A stretch of 25,161 nt of DNA from Bdellovibrionota bacterium. Lineage in GTDB: Bacteria; Bdellovibrionota_C; UBA2361; OMIW01. The notes beneath the pieces were generated by a model that was not told the origin of the DNA, searched no databases, and saw only the letters and a list, made by a program, of their open reading frames with translations. Position 1 is the first letter of the stretch. Every line of letters starts with the position of its first letter. Positions 17,903 to 25,161 of the stretch are shown here, in pieces. The DNA lies in contig JBIJBT010000038.1 of the NCBI GenBank assembly GCA_044345055.1, positions 1 through 25,161 on the forward strand, in the 5' to 3' direction. Both the position numbers and the translations under genes were made by a program.

Positions 17903-19381
17903 ATGTTAAATGAGCAGAGTACTAAGGCGTCAAACTGCAATCCCACTTACCACGTTCTGTATCCATTCCAGCTCGCCAACTCACAGGGTGGTCTTTTTAG
18001 CGCGGCTCAATCAACCGGGGATGCGCCACCCCCTGATTCATTTAAAGCAATAACATTTCACTCGGCGGATACAGCTCCTTTACAACTGGGGACAGCGGAA
18101 GTGCGCCCCGTCATAAATAACGAGCAGGGGCTCCCACTCGATACTTGGTTCAGACACGATTTTCTCTTCCAGCATCTTCAGGCATACACAGAGATGCTCC
18201 CTACATGGATCGCCAAGGAGATATATAGAGACCCATCGATAGCAAACCCCGGGTCTCTTGAGTACCTCAGAGAGTTTTTCCAAAACCACCCGGTGGATCG
18301 CTTTCTCGATGAGGCGCACAGCAAACGTTTTGAATCTGTGATCAGAGATCTTCGACAGGGGGATACCATAGGACTTCAAGGTCCTGTTTGGTTTATGCCG
18401 TTCATCTCCAAGAACGGCGATATCATCCGCAAATCGGGGGTGCGCCATGTACAGTTTGAGCATCAGCTCATACCCCCTGACCTCGATAAGACACCACTCG
18501 GTGATAAGCTCTTACCGTGCTACCAGAAAGCGGACGTGATCTTCTTCCACACCTCTGTGTATGCAGAAAGATTGGCAAACATGCTCACCGGAGAGTTACC
18601 GGAGATGCGCACGGTTGATCTTGGCATCGACCAGGGGTGGATTGACCGGACGTTGCAGCGCGTATCTGATCCTTCCCACATGAGTGCCCGGGGAGAGCTA
18701 ACGATTAGACAACAAGAGTTGATAGATGCGGTCTTCCGCGCCCGCACATCGGTGCCACACCGCTTCATTTGCGTCGACCGCATGGACCCCATGAAGGGTA
18801 CGCACACCGTAATTCTCGGGATCAAGCTCTTTCTCGACGAGGCACGCCATCTGGAGGGAGCGGACTACAAAGATCGTTATCAGTTTGCGTCGATCCACGA
18901 GCTCATCAACATCGATAATTACGCTGAATTTTCGCCAAAAGACCAGTACATCCGCTTGTGCAAGCAGCTCTATGCGGACCTCCAAAAAGATCATCCTGGC
19001 GTCGTATTTGTCAGTGAGTCATTCACGAGCGAGCATGGGCACCGCGATATACTTCCGGCACTTATTCGTGGCCGGACAGCTCTAGCTCTGCACGGTCAGG
19101 ATGGACTAGGGCTCTCTGCTCTTGAGGCTGCATATATTAACCGCAACGAAGACGTAGGGCTTATCGTAGGGGACCAGGCTGGATGCTACCTGGAAGCTGA
19201 CAAGCGCGGGTACGGACAATTGGTCCACGGCGTCGAGGCTGGCAATCCAATTGCTGTTAAGGATGCTATTTGGGAGGTCGTGCGTCTTCAAGAACGGGCA
19301 CCTGGTTTGCTCGCTGAACGTAATCATTCGTTTGCGCGGGGTTTTGTTATTCCCCGCAAGGCAACGATGGCGATTGGTTAG
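17903..19381 (+). CDS. Trehalose-6-phosphate synthase-like glycosyltransferase (GT20), divergent
   Basis: ADVIFFHT, FICVDRMDPMKG and QDGLGLSALEA parallel the OtsA motifs D.vGFqt, VDRLDYxKG and RDGMNLVAKE. The N-terminal half is divergent. Confidence 0.75.
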   Translation: MLNEQSTKASNCNPTYHVLYPFQLANSQGGLFSAAQSTGDAPPPDSFKAITFHSADTAPLQLGTAEVRPVINNEQGLPLDTWFRHDFLFQHLQAYTEMLPTWIAKEIYRDPSIANPGSLEYLREFFQNHPVDRFLDEAHSKRFESVIRDLRQGDTIGLQGPVWFMPFISKNGDIIRKSGVRHVQFEHQLIPPDLDKTPLGDKLLPCYQKADVIFFHTSVYAERLANMLTGELPEMRTVDLGIDQGWIDRTLQRVSDPSHMSARGELTIRQQELIDAVFRARTSVPHRFICVDRMDPMKGTHTVILGIKLFLDEARHLEGADYKDRYQFASIHELINIDNYAEFSPKDQYIRLCKQLYADLQKDHPGVVFVSESFTSEHGHRDILPALIRGRTALALHGQDGLGLSALEAAYINRNEDVGLIVGDQAGCYLEADKRGYGQLVHGVEAGNPIAVKDAIWEVVRLQERAPGLLAERNHSFARGFVIPRKATMAIG

Positions 19382-19390
19382 CAACCGGCT

Positions 19391-21565
19391 TTAACAGCGC
19401 ACCCGAAGCTCATGCCTTAAGCCACTTGAGTTCCACAGCTCAAGGTCAAGTTCGAGCTGACGTACCGGCGCATTCTCAAATCGGACATCACACAGCCATT
19501 TCTTTCCGCTCTTTTTGACCGTGCAGATGGCTTTTGGGTAGCTCTCCCAAGTCGTGTAAAGGGTTTCGCCATCATCTAGAAGGATTGCGCATTCCGCGAT
19601 GGAGTCGGTGAAGCCAATCACTCTGTAGCGAGATGGGCACTCAGCTGACGTTCTATTGGATGGTTCAGCCATCGGAATAAGGCTACCGGGCTTTACATAG
19701 AGGGGAATCTCATCGAGGCCTGCCTTTACGAATGAGTCTCCAGCGGTGACAACCTGCTCTCCGGTAAGTCCTGTGCTCGTTGCTTTGACCTTAAGCCACG
19801 CAGTGCCTGGAAGGTACACCAAACGGCCTCGTACCGCAGGCCTTACAATTGGAGCAACGAGGAGCGCGCTACCGCACAGGAACTCATCCTCATCAAGTCG
19901 GTACGAGGCTTCATCAAAGTCGAGGAATAATCCGCGAATAAAAGGGGTCCCCGAAGAAGCCGCACGGACAAATTCCGTATAGATGTAGGGTAGTAGCGCG
20001 TAGCGCATTTGGATTGCAGATCGTGAGAGGGAAAGAGCTTCAGTATCGAAGGTCCACGGCTCTTGATTTCGCGCCCACAGTGCGGAATGGTTCCGGAAGA
20101 ATGGTGAGAAAGCACTTAGCTGAGTCCAGCGAATGAGCATCTCAGGGGTGCAGTCACCACTAAACCCTCCTGTGTCGGCACCACAAAACATAAAACCGGA
20201 GAGGTTAAATGAGATCAGCATCTGGATGTTTAGGGAGAGATGTTCCCACCACGAGTGGTTGTCACCTGTCCACACGGCAGCGTATCGATGCATGCCGGGG
20301 TAGCTACTCCGGGAGAGCAGGAAGTAGCGCTTTGTAGGCGCGTCCGCCGAGAGAGCATCAGCGGTAGCCTTAGTCATGAGCGTACCGAAGAGGTTATGAA
20401 CCTGCCGGTTCGGGACCAAGTTGCCGTCTACGTTGTGAGCAAACTCGTCGTAGTAACTCTCCCGGTTTGTCAGCCCCTTATCCCAAATCAGGTTCGCTAG
20501 TTGTTCGCTGAATTCGTTTTGCATATCAAGACGGTGGACTTGCTGCGCATACTCCTTAAATGCACCGGGCGTGTAGAATAACGAAGGTTCGTTCATATCA
20601 TTCCAGAAGCCGGCAAAGCCCTCTTGCTTGAGCTGGGTGTATAGGCTCCCCCACCACGAGCGAACATCCTCCCTGAAAAAGTCTGGAAAAACCGAGAGTC
20701 CTGGCCACACCGCTCCAACGAAGGTTCCTTCGCCATCTGTGCGCGGGCAGAAGAAGCCCCGCTGTTTACCCACCTCGTAAATTGAATAGCCCTCTTCGAC
20801 CTTAACGCCCGGATCGAGGATAGAGATAAGGCGAATACCCTTCTCTGCGAGATCGCTACTGAGCTTCGGCAAGTCAGGAAATGCCTCTCTATTAACAGTG
20901 AATACCTTGTAGTCCTGCATGTAATGGATATCCATGTGGATAACGTCACACGGTATGTCGTGCTCCTCCATTTTGGAGGCTATCTCGCGTACAGCTCTCT
21001 CATCGCCATAGCTCCATCGACTCTGGTGGTAACCAAAAGCCCATCGCGGCGGGATAAAAGGGGTACCAACAAGACGTAGGTAAGCCGAGGTGATCTCCTC
21101 TGGGGATTTACCCGAGATAACGGTCAGGTAGAAAACAGGATTAGCGACCGAGATCTCCAAGGTGTTTCGGTTTGAAGCCCCGGCATCTACAACCACCTCA
21201 CCAGGTGAGTCGACAAAGATACCGACCGGGTTGTCTCGCAAGACGATCATAAATGAATGCGTGCCGTACATAGCCCGCAGCGATGGAATGTGGACTGGGC
21301 AATCGGAGCTAAACATTCGAAATGTATTTCCGCGGCAGTTGACCGTCCCCATGTGCTGTCCGAGCCCAACAATCGAATCGTCCTTACCGAGCGCAAATTT
21401 AATAATAAAGCCCGATTTGGGCTGGGGAGTAACCTCGAAACCGGGTGGAAGAGAGCCCTCTCCCCACTCCCATGTTGAGGGGGAGGAGACGAAGGCCCCA
21501 GTTTCGATCGGCTTGCCGATCGAAAAAATAGACACGGATGAAAACGGTGATGCAACTTGTGCCAT
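19391..21565 (-). CDS. Glycoside hydrolase family 31 alpha-glucosidase
   Basis: PPRWAFGYHQSRWSY, nucleophile motif GFWNDMNEP, acid/base motif WTGDN, GADTGGF and PFFRNH. Likely start is MAQV at 21565 (the ORF track extends to 21700). Confidence 0.95.
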   Translation of the reverse strand: MAQVASPFSSVSIFSIGKPIETGAFVSSPSTWEWGEGSLPPGFEVTPQPKSGFIIKFALGKDDSIVGLGQHMGTVNCRGNTFRMFSSDCPVHIPSLRAMYGTHSFMIVLRDNPVGIFVDSPGEVVVDAGASNRNTLEISVANPVFYLTVISGKSPEEITSAYLRLVGTPFIPPRWAFGYHQSRWSYGDERAVREIASKMEEHDIPCDVIHMDIHYMQDYKVFTVNREAFPDLPKLSSDLAEKGIRLISILDPGVKVEEGYSIYEVGKQRGFFCPRTDGEGTFVGAVWPGLSVFPDFFREDVRSWWGSLYTQLKQEGFAGFWNDMNEPSLFYTPGAFKEYAQQVHRLDMQNEFSEQLANLIWDKGLTNRESYYDEFAHNVDGNLVPNRQVHNLFGTLMTKATADALSADAPTKRYFLLSRSSYPGMHRYAAVWTGDNHSWWEHLSLNIQMLISFNLSGFMFCGADTGGFSGDCTPEMLIRWTQLSAFSPFFRNHSALWARNQEPWTFDTEALSLSRSAIQMRYALLPYIYTEFVRAASSGTPFIRGLFLDFDEASYRLDEDEFLCGSALLVAPIVRPAVRGRLVYLPGTAWLKVKATSTGLTGEQVVTAGDSFVKAGLDEIPLYVKPGSLIPMAEPSNRTSAECPSRYRVIGFTDSIAECAILLDDGETLYTTWESYPKAICTVKKSGKKWLCDVRFENAPVRQLELDLELWNSSGLRHELRVRC

Positions 21566-21975
21566 ACAATATCTCCGGGGAGGTTCAGCCCGGGGAGTGT
21601 ATCGACAACGGCGAGGAATGAAAACATGTGCAGCGCGGTGCTGATGGCTAAACCGAAGTTCCGCGGTTTTTCGTCCATAAATGCGTAAAACAATCGACAT
21701 ATCGAACGATCAGGAATTTTTTGCACTAAAAAAGTACCCATGTAAATGGTTATTATGTCTTTCATCTTAAAAGGCATAATGTGATTTATAGTGTCCATGC
21801 ATATTAATACCGTTCCAAATCGCAACTTTCGTCCCTGCATCCTGCTGAGAGAACCTCATCGCGAAGAAAATCGGTTGGTCAAAAAATATTCTCAATAGCA
21901 CCGACTGGGACCTGAAGATTGTCGAGGGGCTTCGAGCTGTTTTGCAGGGCAAAGGTGGGGTGTCGAGAACGGGAA

Positions 21976-22028
21976 CCCTTACCCCTTACCTCTATACCTC
22001 TGAGATGTGGAGGTATAGAGGTAAGGGG
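21976..22028. repeat. Palindromic site, class P (copy 5), with expanded centre
   Basis: Perfect 19-bp arms CCCCTTACCTCTATACCTC (21982-22000) / GAGGTATAGAGGTAAGGGG (22010-22028) around TGAGATGTG, with an extra CCCTTAC on the left. Confidence 0.95.
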
Positions 22029-22199
22029 CCGATAGATGCCCCTTCGCGTTTGAACGACCCGTCCAGCTCGAATATGCTTGAACAAGAGTTGCGTGGAATA
22101 CCCGGCATCTGCTGCCTGCCTCGTCGTAAAGTACCCCTCCTGAGAGCTGGCTATCCCAAAAAGTATATCCCGGTCTGGCTTTGTTTCTTGGTTATCCAT
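22029..22199 (-). pseudogene. AbiEi-family type IV antitoxin, N-terminal wHTH only, truncated at the palindrome
   Basis: MDNQETKPDRDILFGIASSQEGYFTTRQAADAGYS...GRVVQTRRGIYR is the AbiEi N-terminal signature. The sequence switches to palindrome DNA right after RGIYR. Confidence 0.85.
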
Positions 22200-22200
22200 A

Positions 22201-22231
22201 CACAAATAGTAACCTATGGTTACGTTTTGTG
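22201..22231. promoter_or_regulatory. Probable AbiEi autoregulatory operator
   Basis: Inverted repeat CACAAA-TA-GTAACC-TAT-GGTTAC-GT-TTTGTG directly upstream of the AbiEi start. Confidence 0.6.
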
Positions 22232-22276
22232 CGTTGCTTCTTTAGTCCAGCTATTCGCCAGGCACCCAACTACCTT

Positions 22277-22306
22277 GGATTTATATGTCCCTGAGATAAA
22301 GAGGTT
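22277..22306. repeat. Palindromic site, class Q
   Basis: GGATTTATATGTCCC-T-GAGATAAAGAGGTT (centre 22292). Confidence 0.75.
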
Positions 22307-22397
22307 AGAGCTATATTGTTGATTTTAGACATATCGCACTCACCTTTCTCTACGTGATAATCCGATTTATCGAGAGGGGGTTATCGTTTTTTTTCCT

Positions 22398-22427
22398 GGA
22401 CCTCTATGCCTCTGAGCTAAGGAGGCT
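22398..22427. repeat. Palindromic site, class Q
   Basis: GGACCTCTATGCCTC-T-GAGCTAAGGAGGCT (centre 22413). Confidence 0.85.
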
Positions 22428-22497
22428 CGGGGAGAACTTCCGCCGATGTATTCATGGAAGGAGAATGAAATATAATGGCAAGCGATGGTGTCGCTTC

Positions 22498-22635
22498 GCT
22501 CCGTCCTCGGCCCTACGGGCCGCCCCTTCGGGGTCGGACGGAGCTCACCGCTGATCGGCTCGGTGGCCGCTGACCTATCTTAAATAGGAGCCCCAGATTT
22601 CACCTCAAGTTTACCGATCAGTAGTCGAGGATCGG
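22498..22635 (+). repeat. Left inverted repeat (22564-22635) with an outer branched GC hairpin
   Basis: About 62/72 match, counted by hand, to the reverse complement of 25027-25097. At 22498-22544 a GCTCCGTCC/GGACGGAGC stem encloses two small hairpins. Confidence 0.85.
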
Positions 22636-22856
22636 GAGTAGGCGTAAGTGCCTCGGATATTCGACTCCTTTAGAATTCAGACGTGTCGCACTTCAGACTT
22701 GAACCGGCCTCATAACTCGGGGTATCATAAAATATCACCCGTGAGATCGGTGGGCCGAAAAAAAGTCCGAAGGCTGGCTGACCCTGATTGGGACGCTGCC
22801 CTATTCAGGAGTAGCAAATCGTGCGGTTCGAACCACTTTAGAGTGCGGTACCTCAA

Positions 22857-24836
22857 ATGAATCAAGGAAAAAAATTAACACATTTATTCGTGAGCCTGGT
22901 TTCGAGGGTATTCCTTTTTTTCCTTATCCTCGGAATCGGCTCGCTATGTTCGCCGAATCGAGCTTTTGCGGCACCTTTAGGATGCGAGGTTTCCTACAGA
23001 GCCAATGCCTTAGCCAACCAGAGTGCCTATCCATCCGATTTTCATACCCCAAAAAATTCTCCCTGGACTTATGTGGCGTGGGTCTGGCGTGAACCATCCG
23101 GCGTTGAATTCAATCATAGCGTATCTGTCGCACGCACCCGCGATATGGTTAAGTGGTACAACACCTGCGGTGACAAACTTTCGTTACCGTTCAACGTCAG
23201 CTCAAGAACAGTGATTGATGCCGTTCGACACAATGGAGGTCTCCTCAATAATGTTAAGATGGGAAGCGACCCCGTAGGAAATCCAATCGTTACTTACATG
23301 AAGTATGTAACAACCCGGAATGCAAATGGCGCTTCGGCGATTACCACCCAGATATTCAATGCGCGCTTTAAGAATAACATTTGGACCATCCACCAAATGA
23401 CAGACTGGACAACCCAGTACTACCTCAGTGGGGGTGGGGCTCTGCCCACCAATCCGAATTCAGTGTCATTTAGTAATGTGGAGGTGACGGCGGATGGACG
23501 CATGTTCCAGTCGTTCAGCCGTGGGTCATTGGACTCAGACGGCTTACCGACGTCGGGAACCTATCTCTTGAATGTCGAATCGATGGCGCTCGAAGGCAGA
23601 TACGGTAATGATGACCCCAACCCCCTGAGAAGGAGTCCTCCAGCACGTCCAAGTGACACGTCAATACCACAGCAGTCCCCTGCGGGCTTTTTTACTTCAT
23701 TTAACCGTACCTTGGTGTTCAGAAGCTTCGATTTTCAATGGTTTGCAGTTCAAGGAAACTTCGAGTCGCCGAATGCCTTGAGTCACGGTCTATTTGATCA
23801 GGCGAGCGGGACCTTCCGAATTTGGCACCCAGACGGCAGCGGCAGTAGCTTTCATATCGGTAAAAGGCAGGAAGTTTTGCTGCCTCTGGTCGGAAAGTGG
23901 AATACCAATGCCGGAGGTTTGGACGGGATTGGTGTTTTTCGGCCGAGGAACAATGCAGTAAGGCTCAGTCCTGGGCTTCAGTCGGGGCCTGGCCATTCCT
24001 TTTTTTCGAAGACTTACCAAAGTGTGGAGGATTTCCTTGAACGGTTTGATTATGTCATCAAGGATGGTCCTTTCGCTGATATTCGGAGGGAAACCTACGA
24101 CCCTCGTCTAACGAGCTTTCTTGTTTACGACACGCTCCCTTCAAACGGCGACCGGCCCTATGACTGCACGGGGAGAACCGTTTCTAGCTCTAGCCATGAA
24201 TGGAAGTCATGCTCTCAAAAATTCGTGACGGATTTATACTTGTACGAGTTTGACCCGCAAAGCAACGCGTGGTTAAAAACCTTCATTGACAAGGCGTGGG
24301 GCGGTATGAGAGTTCGATTTTCGTTGGTAAAAGACCGGGATTTGACCGTGGTTGCTTACTACGACAGCGCTAGGATGGTGAAGGTAGCCTTGCGCAAAGG
24401 CACGGGCACTTGGGAGTACAAAACTCTTGATAGTCAATTTGAGGGTTTTGATAGTCACAATTATTTGACGATGTTCATTGATGAAAAACGGACCATCCAT
24501 CTTTCCGGAAATCTTCACAACAATAGCCTGAATTATTGGAGAACTACCGCCAATAGCGGAAGTGGCAGTCCGGTTCTCACCAGTCTTAGGCGTTTTGCGA
24601 TGACAGGTTCCGAAGAGACAAGGACAACCTACCCAAAGTTCTTTCGACGACCAAACGGAGATCTCCTGTTTACCTACCGGTATGGCGTGAGTGGCAGCGG
24701 AATTTGGATCATCAATAGGTATGACCCACTTAAAAAAACGTGGACGCGTTTGATGCAGCGTCCGCTCTTTGGCGACGGCCGTGCAGCGCTGAGACGTTCC
24801 GCTCGACATCGCCTACCCCTGAGACGAACTCGCTAA
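22857..24836 (+). CDS. Secreted BNR_4-family (PL24-like) beta-propeller protein, apparently circularly permuted
   Basis: Signal peptide; motifs WVWRE..NHSVSVAR in the N-terminal part and VAYYD, DSHNYLTMFID...HLSGNLH, TYPKF and FTYRYG in the C-terminal part. Confidence 0.8.
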   Translation: MNQGKKLTHLFVSLVSRVFLFFLILGIGSLCSPNRAFAAPLGCEVSYRANALANQSAYPSDFHTPKNSPWTYVAWVWREPSGVEFNHSVSVARTRDMVKWYNTCGDKLSLPFNVSSRTVIDAVRHNGGLLNNVKMGSDPVGNPIVTYMKYVTTRNANGASAITTQIFNARFKNNIWTIHQMTDWTTQYYLSGGGALPTNPNSVSFSNVEVTADGRMFQSFSRGSLDSDGLPTSGTYLLNVESMALEGRYGNDDPNPLRRSPPARPSDTSIPQQSPAGFFTSFNRTLVFRSFDFQWFAVQGNFESPNALSHGLFDQASGTFRIWHPDGSGSSFHIGKRQEVLLPLVGKWNTNAGGLDGIGVFRPRNNAVRLSPGLQSGPGHSFFSKTYQSVEDFLERFDYVIKDGPFADIRRETYDPRLTSFLVYDTLPSNGDRPYDCTGRTVSSSSHEWKSCSQKFVTDLYLYEFDPQSNAWLKTFIDKAWGGMRVRFSLVKDRDLTVVAYYDSARMVKVALRKGTGTWEYKTLDSQFEGFDSHNYLTMFIDEKRTIHLSGNLHNNSLNYWRTTANSGSGSPVLTSLRRFAMTGSEETRTTYPKFFRRPNGDLLFTYRYGVSGSGIWIINRYDPLKKTWTRLMQRPLFGDGRAALRRSARHRLPLRRTR

Positions 24837-25026
24837 CCACTACAAGCTCCGGCACCCAAAATATTGATGTTAGAAAAGAGCAAGTTTCTTCCAGGCGCCG
24901 TCAGCTTCGCTGTATAAAGGCGACATGCATGTCCCCGCTTTGTCGATGATTAATGAAGCAATTAAGGTGTGTGTCTCCATTGTCATATATAAAGGGTAAA
25001 CATTTTATGGGTAAGTGCGTTTATCA

Positions 25027-25150
25027 CCGATCCTCGTCCACTGATCGGTGAACTTGAGGTGGAATCGGCGACTCCTTTTTTAGTAGGTCAGCGGCCAACA
25101 AGCCGCCCAGCTGTGATGGCGTCGCGGGGGGCCCCGACAGGGGCCCCGCG
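25027..25150 (-). repeat. Right inverted repeat (25027-25097) with an outer GC hairpin
   Basis: Reverse-complement partner of 22564-22635, with a GC-rich stem-loop at 25123-25150. Confidence 0.85.
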
Positions 25151-25161
25151 AACACCCCACC

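Noticed and set aside
21879..22322. 108-aa and 126-aa ORFs as complete genes
   Set aside because: They read through palindrome DNA (LTSIPPHLRGIEVR-type peptides recur at other copies). Only the AbiEi N-terminus is genuine.
6264..22427. Palindromes as CRISPR repeats, attC sites, dif sites or intrinsic terminators
   Set aside because: Spacing is kilobases and irregular. There are no RYYYAAC/GTTRRRY or XerC/XerD boxes, the loop is 1 nt, and only one copy has a following T-tract.

Overview
The window looks like part of a plasmid or plasmid-like accessory replicon. It begins with a Rep-like gene (1044-2837) behind an iteron-type origin. The rest is a patchwork of apparently intact cargo genes and many decayed fragments. 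The cargo comprises several secreted proteins, an OtsA/GT20-like glycosyltransferase, a GH31 alpha-glucosidase and a BNR_4-type propeller protein. The fragments derive from ISAs1, IS66-like and IS481/ISNCY-like transposases, pglX-like and darT genes, a thymidylate kinase, a trypsin-like protease, ParE, a GNAT toxin and AbiEi. The most striking unexplained signal is a dispersed family of about 10 palindromic sites with a CTC(A/T)GAG core. Five are near-perfect CCTTACCTCYATACCTC-A-GAGGTATAGAGGTAAGG palindromes, some with arm units stacked outward in tandem, and five are degenerate. All lie between gene modules, and one cuts an AbiEi gene exactly. This suggests a site-specific module capture/shuffling system, or alternatively a dispersed centromere/operator family; no cognate recombinase is visible in the window. 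Also notable are an apparently circularly permuted BNR_4 protein flanked by ~72-bp inverted repeats with outer hairpins, an 83-bp res-like repeat pair, and the disabling of nearly every toxin-antitoxin module. All family assignments come from motif recognition by eye; no database search was run.
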